This document shows positions 18,213 through 26,965 of a stretch of 55,952 nt of DNA, piece by piece. The translations under genes were made by a program, and so were the position numbers. Positions within the stretch are counted from its first letter, which is position 1. Every line of letters begins with the position of its first letter. A model generated the notes under the pieces. That model did not search any database and had not been told where the DNA came from. It saw only the letters and a list, made by a program, of their open reading frames with translations. Origin of the DNA: a virus (lineage: Duplodnaviria; Caudoviricetes); the IMG/VR virus record IMGVR_UViG_3300042987_001910, positions 1 through 55,952 of that record; one strand, given 5' to 3'.

Positions 18213-18770
18213 ATGAAATTCCGCACTGAAATGCTTGCAGGCAAGGCGCTCGACTGGGCAGTCGCGAAGTGCGACGGGCAGCCCGTGTACTGGCACGCCA
18301 AGGACGAGGCGCTCTACATGGGGTTCGGCACGGGCGACAACGCCTACGCCCCCTCTACGGACTGGGCGCAAGGCGGGTCGATCATCGAGCAGAACTGGAT
18401 CAACGTATCCAACGAACACGATGCGTGGGTAGCGGAGATTGCGGACGACGCGCCTGATGGGTACATCTCGGCTACTGGCTACACGCCACTCGTCGCAGCC
18501 ATGCGCTGCTATGTCAAGTCGCGACTGGGTGACAAGGTCAGCGTGCCAGACGAGATCGTGAGTGGTCCGCTCATGCGCCTCGCCGTGGCGCTGAAGGACT
18601 GCGAGCCGGCAGGCGCGACAGTCACCAAGCAAATGGCGGGCGACATAGCTGTGCTGCTAGAGCAGCTGCTCGACTACGCCGAGAGCGCGACCTTGGAGGA
18701 GGACGAGGAGCCGCAGTTCTTCAGGGACGCTCGGGAATACATTGCCGTGCTTGAGAAGGCGGCGAGTTAG
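18213..18770 (+). CDS. DUF2591/NinX-like protein with C-terminal extension
   Basis: LAGKALDWAVAK...YAPSTDWAQGGSIIE...TPLVAAMRCYV. Confidence 0.75.
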   Translation: MKFRTEMLAGKALDWAVAKCDGQPVYWHAKDEALYMGFGTGDNAYAPSTDWAQGGSIIEQNWINVSNEHDAWVAEIADDAPDGYISATGYTPLVAAMRCYVKSRLGDKVSVPDEIVSGPLMRLAVALKDCEPAGATVTKQMAGDIAVLLEQLLDYAESATLEEDEEPQFFRDAREYIAVLEKAAS

Positions 18771-18805
18771 CCGACCCATTTCCGGATAGTTGAAGCAGCA
18801 CAACG

Positions 18806-18867
18806 AGCCCCGCCAGTCGGGGCTTTTGTTTTTCCCCAACCCTCGCCCCTCACGGGGCATTTTTTTT
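18806..18867 (+). terminator. Two tandem terminator-like hairpins before the AAA+ gene
   Basis: AGCCCCG/CGGGGCT + TTTGTTTTT; GCCCC/GGGGC + AT8. Confidence 0.65.
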
Positions 18868-18877
18868 GGAGCCTCAC

Positions 18878-20074
18878 ATGAACGAGCAAGTCCTTTCCCG
18901 TTTGTCCGGTCTTCGTCACAAGCAAGTCCTCGACGTGCTGCGCCGCCTCGGTGGCGGCACCGTCGGTTTCAACTACGCGAAGTTCAACAAGGACGAGCTG
19001 TGCCAGTTCGCCGCCGAGCAGTACAACGCGGACGAGGTGAGCAGCGCCATCCTCGACGCTCTCTCCAAGGGCAACGCCAAGCCTGCCAAGCCGACGATGC
19101 AGGTGCTGCAAGCGAACACCGCGCCCGAGGTCAGCAACGTGGTTGCGCTCCCGGTCAAGGTTGACTACTCGCACATTCGCCCGGTGCGTAAGGCGATGGC
19201 GTCGGAGGTGTTCGGCGTCACGATGGAGAGTGATATCGAGGTCGAGGTGTGGAACGACCCCGACGCGCCCGACGTTGACCCGCTGTGGGTGTGGGACGCG
19301 CGGCTCCTGCACCGCGTGCTGACTGCCATGCAGCGCGGCGCTCCCGTGTGGTGCAACGGCGAGAAGGGTACGGGCAAGACGCAGTTCGCCCAACAGATGG
19401 CGGCTCGTCTCGGCAGGCATTGCTCTGTGATCCAGTTCGACCGCTACACCGAGCGCCACGAGATCATCGGCTCTCGCGGGATGCAGTCGGCGTCCACCGT
19501 GTGGGAGGACGGCGCTCTCGCCAAGGCTTGCCGCCGGCCGGGCTGCATCATCCTGCTCGATGAGATCACGCTCGGGCAGCCGGGGTTGATCGCCATCCTG
19601 AACACGGTGCTCGACCGTGCGTCGAAGGGGTTCCGCATTGCGGAGACGGGCGAGTTCGTGGTCAAGGCGCAGGGCGTGTCGTTCCTCGCTGCGGACAACA
19701 CCTGCGGTACGGGCGACCCGACGGGACGGTACATCGGAACGAACGAGTTCAACCAAGCCACGCTCGACCGCTTCTCCCGGTTCGTGACGTTCACGTTCCT
19801 GCCGCCGGAGGTCGAGACGCAGGTGATCACCTCGAAGACGGGCGCTGACGATGCTCTCGCCAAGCGCATCGTGGACTTGCTTGCCGTGTGCCGCGGCAAG
19901 GTGAACGAAGGCGAACTGGTTGACCCGCCCTCGCTGCGGCAGGCAATTGCCTTCGCCGAGGCGGTGCTCGACAACATCCCGGCAGATGAAGCGTTCGAGA
20001 TGACGGTCGCCTCGAAGACCGTCGCCGAGTGCCGGGAGCAGCTGCGTCAGCTGTTCATCGCAACGTGGGTCTGA
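18878..20074 (+). CDS. MoxR/CobS-like AAA+ ATPase
   Basis: Walker A GEKGTGKT, Walker B IILLDEI, sensor ADNT, ATLDRF. Confidence 0.9.
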   Translation: MNEQVLSRLSGLRHKQVLDVLRRLGGGTVGFNYAKFNKDELCQFAAEQYNADEVSSAILDALSKGNAKPAKPTMQVLQANTAPEVSNVVALPVKVDYSHIRPVRKAMASEVFGVTMESDIEVEVWNDPDAPDVDPLWVWDARLLHRVLTAMQRGAPVWCNGEKGTGKTQFAQQMAARLGRHCSVIQFDRYTERHEIIGSRGMQSASTVWEDGALAKACRRPGCIILLDEITLGQPGLIAILNTVLDRASKGFRIAETGEFVVKAQGVSFLAADNTCGTGDPTGRYIGTNEFNQATLDRFSRFVTFTFLPPEVETQVITSKTGADDALAKRIVDLLAVCRGKVNEGELVDPPSLRQAIAFAEAVLDNIPADEAFEMTVASKTVAECREQLRQLFIATWV

Positions 20075-20101
20075 CAAACAACCGACAAAGGGAGACAAAC
20101 C

Positions 20102-21316
20102 ATGCGCACCATCAACCTCAACTCGTACGCCTCACCGTTCATCCATCCCCGTGTGTCGGGGGCGGAGATCATGTCTGCCTGCACGCTGACTGCGCAACGC
20201 CTACCCCGTACTGACGCTGCGCAGAAGGTGTTCGCCGTCACCATGCGGGAGATCAAGGTGACGTTCAACGGCAGCACGGCGTTCGCCTCGTATGACCGTG
20301 GCTCTACCGACAGCCTGCCGGGTGCGGTGCCGTACATCAACTCCGGGCGCATCAACCTGCCGTACGTTGACCCCGACGTGCGGCTCTCGCGCAAGACGGC
20401 GAACCAGTGGGTCGGCTACATCGCCCATGAATTGCTGCACATGATGTTCACCAACGACTCGACATGGAAGCGGACTGCGCACGCCAACTGGTTCAAGGGG
20501 CGGCTGCTCAACGGACTGGAGGATGCGCGCATCGAGGAGTGCGGCAGGCACTTCGGCTTTGCACCGGGCGCTAACTTCTGCATCCACGCTCTCGTTCGCG
20601 ACATGATCGAACGCGCCGCTGATGCGGACGATTCGGTGATCTACGCGACTCGCAACTTCCCGTGGATTCTCGCCATCGGGTTGCGCGGCTACGGCGTTGG
20701 CGAGGAGGCGATCATCAAGAACCTCCCGCCCGAGCTTGCCAAGATCTACAAGGCGGCGGCCAAGGCGTATGCCAAGGCACTCGCCAAGCCCGAGTTCTTC
20801 GACCAGTTCAAGGGCACGACCCTCATGGTGCGCATCGCAACGATGGTCTACAAGAAGCTGAAGCAGCTGCACGACGAGCAAGAGAAGGACGATCCGCGTC
20901 GGCCGCCGGAAGATGAAGAGGGCAGCGAGGAGGGAGATCAGCCAACCGACGAGCCGGGCGAAGAGGAAGGCGAAGACAAGGGCGAGGGCGAGGGCAAGGA
21001 GGAGGAAGGCGACGGCGAGGAGTCAGGCGAAGAGCCGGGCGAAGACGGCACCGACGGCGACGAGAAGGGCGAGGACAAGGGAGAAGGCGAAGGCGAGGGA
21101 GAGGGAGAAGGCGAGGGCAAGGGCGAAGAGCACGGCGACAAGCCGGGCAAGGGCTACACCAAGGACGGCGGCGACGGTCGCGAACCGTTCGAGGATCCCG
21201 ACGAGATCGAGGACACCAAGGACACACTCGACGTGGAGCCAACGCCCACCATCGGCAGCTGCGAGTCGGCTCTCGCTGCGGCACAGGACTATTCGATCTA
21301 CGTCATTCAACGCTAG
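20102..21316 (+). CDS. CobT N-terminal-like protein: HExxH metallopeptidase motif plus long acidic Glu/Gly linker
   Basis: IAHELLH...NGLEDARIE; EGEG repeats. Confidence 0.8.
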   Translation: MRTINLNSYASPFIHPRVSGAEIMSACTLTAQRLPRTDAAQKVFAVTMREIKVTFNGSTAFASYDRGSTDSLPGAVPYINSGRINLPYVDPDVRLSRKTANQWVGYIAHELLHMMFTNDSTWKRTAHANWFKGRLLNGLEDARIEECGRHFGFAPGANFCIHALVRDMIERAADADDSVIYATRNFPWILAIGLRGYGVGEEAIIKNLPPELAKIYKAAAKAYAKALAKPEFFDQFKGTTLMVRIATMVYKKLKQLHDEQEKDDPRRPPEDEEGSEEGDQPTDEPGEEEGEDKGEGEGKEEEGDGEESGEEPGEDGTDGDEKGEDKGEGEGEGEGEGEGKGEEHGDKPGKGYTKDGGDGREPFEDPDEIEDTKDTLDVEPTPTIGSCESALAAAQDYSIYVIQR

Positions 21317-21325
21317 GAGACAAAC

Positions 21326-22186
21326 ATGAGACACGCACTCATCGACAGCCTGTCTGTCGGCAAGGCACGCTATACCCTGCGCAAGCTGCTCTCGCGCACC
21401 GACCGCAGCGAATACCTGCGCGGCCTGCGCGCCGGGCGACTGACGCAGCAGTACCTGCCCCGTGCGGTAGCGGGCGAGACCAACGTGTTCCAACGCAGGC
21501 TGGAGAAGGACGGCGTGAACACATACGTTTCCGTCGCCATCGACTCCAGTAGTTCGATGGGGTATTACGAGAGAGACAAGGCGGCGCAACGCCTCGCCTG
21601 CACGCTGTCCGCTGCGCTGTCCGGCTGCGTCGGCGTCAAGCATGACGTGCTCGGCTGGACGAGCGGCCGGCTGCACTTAGCCACTCATAGCCAGTTCCGC
21701 GCGAAGCGGGTCAAGGAGATCAATGACGGCAAGGATGATCACCGCACCGTGATTGGCGAGAACCGCGGTGACCCGTCGCGTGGCCTTGGTGACTCGACCC
21801 TGACGTACCTGAAGACCGACAGACAAACGACTGGTCACTTGTGCTCCGTGTTCGCCGAGAACCCGCACATCCTTGCCTGTGGCGCAACGCCCGCGTTCGC
21901 TTCACTCGCGGCGACGGTGCGTCAGGTGCGGAGCAAGCGTTCGTTCGAGCGCAAGGTGATCATGTTCCTCACCGACGGCGCGGTGAATGACGGCGGCGAG
22001 CGCCGCCTCATGCACCGCCTTTGCGAGGAGGTGCTGCGTGACGGGATCATCGTGATCGGCGTGGGCGTGCAGGCGAATGCGGCTGGCTGCTTCCCGCCTG
22101 ACAGCTACCTCACGGTGATGGATCCCGCCGACCTCGGCGGCAAGGCAATGACCAAACTGGTCGAGAGGATTGCCAAGGCTGCATAA
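21326..22186 (+). CDS. vWA domain protein (CobT C-terminal-like)
   Basis: MIDAS DSSSS, ATP, LTDG; IGVGV. Confidence 0.85.
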   Translation: MRHALIDSLSVGKARYTLRKLLSRTDRSEYLRGLRAGRLTQQYLPRAVAGETNVFQRRLEKDGVNTYVSVAIDSSSSMGYYERDKAAQRLACTLSAALSGCVGVKHDVLGWTSGRLHLATHSQFRAKRVKEINDGKDDHRTVIGENRGDPSRGLGDSTLTYLKTDRQTTGHLCSVFAENPHILACGATPAFASLAATVRQVRSKRSFERKVIMFLTDGAVNDGGERRLMHRLCEEVLRDGIIVIGVGVQANAAGCFPPDSYLTVMDPADLGGKAMTKLVERIAKAA

Positions 22187-22313
22187 GCCTTGGCTGTTCC
22201 TCCATAAGTCGCGCTGATGCGCGCATCAAAACATTCCATTGGTGCGCGGCCGTATGATTTCACTATGATTCGTTCGTTGGCGCGTTGCCAACACACTCAA
22301 AGGGAGAAGAAAC

Positions 22314-22460
22314 ATGATTCGCCAGTACTCAGTCGGCCTCAAGAAAGAGCACAACGACCTCCTCATCAAGGCGCAGAAGAAGATTTCGGAAGAGATGGGG
22401 TTCGAGGTGGCGCGCGCTCAAGCCGTCGCAATCCTCGCGTCTCGCTACATCAAGGGCTAG
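22314..22460 (+). CDS. 48-aa protein, possible ribbon-helix-helix DNA-binding protein
   Basis: GGGAG RBS; MIRQYSVGL strand followed by two predicted helices (judged by eye). Confidence 0.5.
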   Translation: MIRQYSVGLKKEHNDLLIKAQKKISEEMGFEVARAQAVAILASRYIKG

Positions 22461-22462
22461 GC

Positions 22463-22555
22463 GTGAGCAACCTCGGCGACACGATCATCGGATGGCTCGG
22501 AGCCCTCGGCTCCGCCGCCATCATGGTCGAGTACCTCGTACGGGTGGCGCTGTGA
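22463..22555 (+). CDS. 30-aa hydrophobic membrane peptide
   Basis: GTG right after previous stop; single hydrophobic segment. Confidence 0.4.
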   Translation: MSNLGDTIIGWLGALGSAAIMVEYLVRVAL

Positions 22556-22710
22556 AGAAGGAGCCGCAGCGCCGCGTCTCTATCCCTCGACCTTGGGTTC
22601 CGTCATGGGCGCACTATGGCGTGCAGGGTTTGATGGAGTTCGGCGAACGGCAACGAGACCGGCTGAAGAAAGCCGGCAAGCAGCGCCGGGTTGTTGTGAC
22701 TATGATCTGA
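22552..22710 (+). CDS. Small hypothetical protein
   Basis: GTGA overlap with previous gene. Confidence 0.4.
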   Translation: MKKEPQRRVSIPRPWVPSWAHYGVQGLMEFGERQRDRLKKAGKQRRVVVTMI

Positions 22711-23167
22711 AGTGCTCGACCCACAGGTCTGACAGCGCATCAATGGCGCGGAAGTGGATGGGGAGATAGCGGTGCTCCATCTGCTTCCGCGCTTTCACTA
22801 TCTGCCGGTAACTCAGCGAGTGCCTCTTCGCCATCGTGCGCACCGCAGGCCGGCGCGCGACGATGTTGCATAGCACGTCCCGCTGCAACTCCTTCCCCTC
22901 ACCTCCCGTCAGTATCACCGCAAGCTCGCTGATCGCGAGATGCCGCAGCCGCCCGGTTGCAAACGAGGCGTACATCGCCAGTCGTTGGTCTGTCGGCAGT
23001 TCGTCCAGTTGCCGGATGAGCATCGCCGCCTGCGCGTGCGCATCGTAGATGGTCATGCCGTTCGGGTCAGTGCTGCGCGACTCGAAGAAGTTCACCGACG
23101 CGAGGTGAACCTTGGCGCTCATGCTAAACGCCCACCGCAGGGCGTGCTCCGGACCCTTGAACTTCAT
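22700..23167 (-). CDS. Putative late-gene regulator (Q antiterminator / sigma region 4-like)
   Basis: Last gene of replication operon; C-terminal HTH-like AVRTMAKRHSLSYRQI. Confidence 0.5.
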   Translation of the reverse strand: MKFKGPEHALRWAFSMSAKVHLASVNFFESRSTDPNGMTIYDAHAQAAMLIRQLDELPTDQRLAMYASFATGRLRHLAISELAVILTGGEGKELQRDVLCNIVARRPAVRTMAKRHSLSYRQIVKARKQMEHRYLPIHFRAIDALSDLWVEHFRS

Positions 23168-23481
23168 CAGAATTCAAACTCCTTGAGTTCCCACCTGTTT
23201 GTTTGTTTGTTCTTCTTCCACCCGTGGACGATGACGCGCCACTCAAGCTTCAGCAGGAGCGGGAGAATGTCCGCCTCGCTGATCTTGTTGATGCGCGCCT
23301 TCATGTTCGACGCGCTTGTCGTCTGCACCGCCACCACTTCGGTCTCGCTCAGAGCGAGAACGTCGATGATGGTGAACAGGTCTTGTCGGATGCGGGCGTG
23401 CGGATTCCAACGCTCGACCACCTCGGCTCGGTAGCCGCTGTCCCGCAGATGCTTGAGCGTGCGCTGCGTCGGGCTACTCAT
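23167..23481 (-). CDS. PD-(D/E)xK endonuclease, Holliday junction resolvase-like
   Basis: TQRTLKHLRDSGY..EVVE...DLFTIIDVLAL...VAVQTT. Confidence 0.7.
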   Translation of the reverse strand: MSSPTQRTLKHLRDSGYRAEVVERWNPHARIRQDLFTIIDVLALSETEVVAVQTTSASNMKARINKISEADILPLLLKLEWRVIVHGWKKNKQTNRWELKEFEF

Positions 23482-23485
23482 CCCT

Positions 23486-24124
23486 CTACGCAACCTTCTT
23501 CGCAGCAGCCCACTGGCGTATCGCCTCTGCGCTGCAACCAAACCTTGCAGCCACTACCTCCAATGCCTCACGGCGATTCTTATAGCTCGGCAGCAATTCA
23601 TGGAACATGGCGACGGCTTCCGACCGGTCAGCGTCGGTGAACTTGGGGTAGGTCTTCCTCTTCCTCTCAGCCCCGTCGGGCAGCTCAACCAAGATTGGCT
23701 TTTGATTGCCGGCAATAGCCTTGCGAATGGCTGGGCCTGCGCTGTTGTACGCGGCTTGCCGCTGCGGATCGCCGAGCGTGGAGTACTCGACGTACCTGTC
23801 GCGCGCCTGCCTGCTTGGCGGGGAGACGATGTTGCCGCGACGGCCGGTGATCGCCGACATCCACTCAACCCACCGCCGCCCGCTCACGCCGACCATCTCG
23901 CCGTGCTCGATGACGAATACCGTCTCCGGGTATTTGCACCTGCCCTCGCTGACCATCTTGTCCCGGTACTCGGGAGTGCAGTCGCGGCAGTAGTCAACCG
24001 TCGACCAACGCTGCGACAGTACCCAAAGCCACTGATACACGCCCCATTCTTCGGCGTTTGGGAAGCAGTCCGGCTTGGCGGCTGACTCAAAGTTTTGTTC
24101 GTTTGTTTGTTTTTGTTCTGTCAT
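23486..24124 (-). CDS. Hypothetical protein with CxxC and C-terminal HTH
   Basis: YCRDC...RC; ALEVVAARFGCSAEAIRQW. Confidence 0.6.
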   Translation of the reverse strand: MTEQKQTNEQNFESAAKPDCFPNAEEWGVYQWLWVLSQRWSTVDYCRDCTPEYRDKMVSEGRCKYPETVFVIEHGEMVGVSGRRWVEWMSAITGRRGNIVSPPSRQARDRYVEYSTLGDPQRQAAYNSAGPAIRKAIAGNQKPILVELPDGAERKRKTYPKFTDADRSEAVAMFHELLPSYKNRREALEVVAARFGCSAEAIRQWAAAKKVA

Positions 24125-24134
24125 TGCCGGCTGT

Positions 24135-24464
24135 TTACTTTCCTTCGATCATGTGCTGCAGCATGGTCAGTGCGGCGTGTTCCCATTGCGACCCGTACCG
24201 CTCCTCCCACTCGGTACGGTTGTGATGCAGGGCATCGTGGTGTTCACGGCATAAGGGGATTGCCCAGTGGTCAGGGGTCTTCGATCCCATGCCTTTGAAG
24301 CCGGCAACAACAATGTGATGCGGGTCGTCGGCCGGCGCGTTGCAGGCGCAACAGTTCAGCGTCTTCACCCAATCAAGGTACTTGCGATCCTCGATGCGAC
24401 CAAGATGTCCGGCACCGAGCGCCTCTCGGAACGTCAGCCACGGCGGAGCGATTCGCTTTACCAA
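24135..24464 (-). CDS. DUF968-like Zn-binding putative nuclease
   Basis: YLDWVKTLNCCAC...DDPHH...AIPLCREHHDALH; start uncertain (TTG). Confidence 0.75.
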   Translation of the reverse strand: MVKRIAPPWLTFREALGAGHLGRIEDRKYLDWVKTLNCCACNAPADDPHHIVVAGFKGMGSKTPDHWAIPLCREHHDALHHNRTEWEERYGSQWEHAALTMLQHMIEGK

Positions 24465-24880
24465 GCGCCGCCCTTCCCACCCGCTCCACAACCACCGCCC
24501 ATGCTGCCCGCTCCGCCAGCCCCGCAGGTTCCCCACGCACCGGGCAGGCCGGGGTCAAACTCAACTGAGATCGATGCCTCTCTGCGGCGTAGCTCGGCCT
24601 CCTCCATTCGGCGACGGACGATTGCGAACGCGAGGTAAGCGACGGCACCCAACATCTCTCGCTCCCATCGTTCGTGTGTCCAGTCCTTTGCCTTCGTTGC
24701 TTCATGCGCCTTCTTTACCGCCTGCCCCAGCAGGAAGCTTTCGCCGAATCCGTCGGCGATCCACCTCCACGGTTGATCGAGAAAGTCTTGGTCATGCCCG
24801 TGCCTCTCCGCACCCTTCCCGGCTGTGACTTGTTTCATCACGTCGAGAAAGACCGACTCAAGTTTGTCGGCGTTTTTCAT
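24458..24880 (-). CDS. Conserved phage hypothetical protein
   Basis: GKGAERHG..QDFLDQP...LLGQAVKK...EMLGAVAY. Confidence 0.65.
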   Translation of the reverse strand: MKNADKLESVFLDVMKQVTAGKGAERHGHDQDFLDQPWRWIADGFGESFLLGQAVKKAHEATKAKDWTHERWEREMLGAVAYLAFAIVRRRMEEAELRRREASISVEFDPGLPGAWGTCGAGGAGSMGGGCGAGGKGGAW

Positions 24881-24881
24881 G

Positions 24882-25130
24882 TCAGCAGTTCCACGCCTTC
24901 AGGCTCTTGTTGATGCGGCTGTTCGGATCGTTCGCCGTCTTCTTCGAGGTGAGCTTCTTCTTCATCCCTTCCATCCGGGCGCAGAAGGAATCCCTGCGCT
25001 TGCCGCCCTCGGGTTGCGGGGGCTTCAGGTTCCCGCCGGTTGCCTTGTTGTACGAGGCACGTCCCTTGGCGTTGAGTCCGCCCTTCGGATCCTTGCCTTC
25101 CTTGCGCTGCCATGCTGGCGTCTTAGCCAT
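24882..25130 (-). CDS. Basic conserved phage protein (DUF6321-like)
   Basis: AWQRKEGKDPKGGLNAKGRASYN...RRDSFCARM...NSRINKSLKAWNC. Confidence 0.75.
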   Translation of the reverse strand: MAKTPAWQRKEGKDPKGGLNAKGRASYNKATGGNLKPPQPEGGKRRDSFCARMEGMKKKLTSKKTANDPNSRINKSLKAWNC

Positions 25131-25464
25131 ACGTCTTCCTTTCAAGCCGTTCGTTTGCGGACTGCGTCTGCCACACAGCGATGCCAAGCTTTGCTACCTC
25201 CAACTCCCAGCGCAGCCTCTCGCTCTGCTCGACAGACACTCGGTACGCCTCCAAGTGATCGATGAAATCCTTGGCTGCGCGTGCCTCCCTTTCCTGCGCC
25301 GCCGTGGTTTTGTGTCCGGCCTCTTCGGCCCTCTGCATCAACACGGCAAGCAAGCTCTTCTTGTACTCATCAAGGTACGACCTAGTGGCGAAAGCCGCGG
25401 CGAACTCCTCCGACTTTGCGCGTAGTTCCCCGAGTCTTCTTTCCACCTGTTCTGCTGACCACAT
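25123..25464 (-). CDS. Helical hypothetical protein
   Basis: Packed ORF in operon; AAQEREARA...WQTQSANER. Confidence 0.65.
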   Translation of the reverse strand: MWSAEQVERRLGELRAKSEEFAAAFATRSYLDEYKKSLLAVLMQRAEEAGHKTTAAQEREARAAKDFIDHLEAYRVSVEQSERLRWELEVAKLGIAVWQTQSANERLERKTYG

Positions 25465-25663
25465 CGAAGCTTCCCTCCGAGATTGGCACGCCGGCTGGAG
25501 ACGGTGTGCCCATCTCGAAGTCCCCCTCCTTGACGTACATGACCTTCACACCAGCGCCAAAGACCGCACGGAATTCGTCGATGACCTTCGTCATCTCCGG
25601 AAACTTCTCGCGGTTTTTGCGCCGCTCCTCCTCCGCCTGCAATTGCTTATCGACTTCAGACAT
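25382..25663 (-). CDS. Hypothetical protein
   Basis: NREKFPE...IDEFRAVFG..VKV.YVKEG; overlaps helicase stop. Confidence 0.6.
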   Translation of the reverse strand: MSEVDKQLQAEEERRKNREKFPEMTKVIDEFRAVFGAGVKVMYVKEGDFEMGTPSPAGVPISEGSFDVVSRTGGKKTRGTTRKVGGVRRGFRH

Positions 25664-26579
25664 TGACGGGCAACCTCAAGTCGCGGTGCGTCACCAGTCG
25701 TTCGCTCGTATCGTGGTACACGCCTACCTGCGACGAGACCCACAGCCCGATCTTTCCCTCCCACCCGTAGTGCCGGTTCTTGTCGACAACGAGGATCGCG
25801 TCCGGGTGTGAGTCGTCGACTGGTTTGTTGGCGCGTTTGTCGAACTCTTTCTTTTTGTTCCGCCACACCATGAAGACGTAGTCCGCCTGATCCACGACGG
25901 TTCCCGACCCGCGCGCGTCGTACTTGCCGGGAAGCTGTGATTCATCTGCCGGCTTGCGCGAGTGGTGGATGATGTGGATGTGCAGATCGAAGTCGCGCGC
26001 GAGGTTGCACAGCGCGTCCATGAATTTCTTCTGCGCGGTGTAGTCGTCCTCGGCGAGGCCAACCTTCAGCAGCGAGTCGAGCACGAAGTGCTGGACGCCG
26101 AGCTTCGCCCGGCAGTAGCGGATGATGGCGAGGAGTTCCTCGCGGTCGACCGTGCCTTGCTGGTCGTAGATGAAGAGCTTCTTGTCTGACCAGCGCAGGA
26201 ACTGGTCGGTCGTTGCGGGGCTCGGGGTTTGCGTGCCGACGGCTTGCCGCAGCATCCGCTTGAGCGTGTCCTCCGGGCGCATCTCCATCGAGGCGATGCA
26301 CACCGTCTGCCCCTGCGACATGAAGTCGAGCATGACGTAGCTGGTGAGTAGGCTCTTGCCGTGCCCGTTCATGCCGATCCACAGGCTGACCTGCCCACCG
26401 GGGAAACGAATCTGGTCGTACTTCTTCCACGGCAGGAAGGCACCGCGCTCCTTCCACGTCAAGTCGTACAACTCCCGATGCAGGAGATCGCGGAAGTTCG
26501 CGCTGCTCCGCACCCGGCCCGCAGTGGTCGGCTCCTTCAGGTACTCCTTGAAGTCCACGTCGTCGGCGGTAAGGATCAT
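25656..26579 (-). CDS. SF4 (DnaB/T7 gp4-like) replicative helicase, ATPase domain only
   Basis: Walker A GMNGHGKS, SMEM, VLDSL, HHSRK, RGSG, DKNRH. Confidence 0.85.
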   Translation of the reverse strand: MILTADDVDFKEYLKEPTTAGRVRSSANFRDLLHRELYDLTWKERGAFLPWKKYDQIRFPGGQVSLWIGMNGHGKSLLTSYVMLDFMSQGQTVCIASMEMRPEDTLKRMLRQAVGTQTPSPATTDQFLRWSDKKLFIYDQQGTVDREELLAIIRYCRAKLGVQHFVLDSLLKVGLAEDDYTAQKKFMDALCNLARDFDLHIHIIHHSRKPADESQLPGKYDARGSGTVVDQADYVFMVWRNKKKEFDKRANKPVDDSHPDAILVVDKNRHYGWEGKIGLWVSSQVGVYHDTSERLVTHRDLRLPVNV

Positions 26580-26965
26580 TGCCCCAACCCCGCGAACGCC
26601 CGGTGCTCACTCACTGTCATATTGAACATGGCGTAGTCAACCCCCTCCATTACTACCCACCCCCGCTGTTTGTCGGCGCGCCACAAAAACGCCTGCGCCA
26701 GACCCTTGTGCTTCTGGTCAAGGAGCAAGCGCGCGATGACGCGCGCCGTCAGTTTTGTCTGTTCGTCGAACACGACGAGCACTTCCAGTCCTAGCGCCCA
26801 CCGCCAGTCGAAGTGCCGAGGGTCTTCCCCAACCGGGAAAACAACGACGGGGTTCCCCTCGTTTGGCAGACCACCTACGGTGGAGACCAACACCAACTCA
26901 TCCGGTCGTTTCCCATAGAGCCGGGCTTGGTGGATTGGGTACGCCCCAGTCGGCAGCGGCCTCAT
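26576..26965 (-). CDS. Hypothetical protein between initiator and helicase
   Basis: ATGA overlaps on both sides. Confidence 0.6.
   Translation of the reverse strand: MRPLPTGAYPIHQARLYGKRPDELVLVSTVGGLPNEGNPVVVFPVGEDPRHFDWRWALGLEVLVVFDEQTKLTARVIARLLLDQKHKGLAQAFLWRADKQRGWVVMEGVDYAMFNMTVSEHRAFAGLGQ

Larger units (their letters stand above)
15333..18786 (+). repeat. Dispersed 14-nt box GACCC(A/C)TTTCCGGA, six copies: 15333, 15893, 16758, 17108, 17758, 18773
   Basis: Read directly; all in the same orientation, at gene boundaries upstream of a gene. Confidence 0.9.

Noticed and set aside
15333-18786. CRISPR array or integron attC array
   Set aside because: Repeats are separated by whole genes of variable length; no cas genes; no GTTRRRY/RYYYAAC boxes seen; the integrase is a phage type with its own attP
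21314-21316. Genome-wide TAG recoding
   Set aside because: Other genes (terL, GT9 upstream neighbour, lipoprotein) end at TAG with coupled next starts; long genes are intact in the standard code; no suppressor tRNA
18878-22186. Cobalamin biosynthesis auxiliary genes (cobS/cobT)
   Set aside because: No cobN or other pathway genes; a general MoxR-vWA module is the simpler reading
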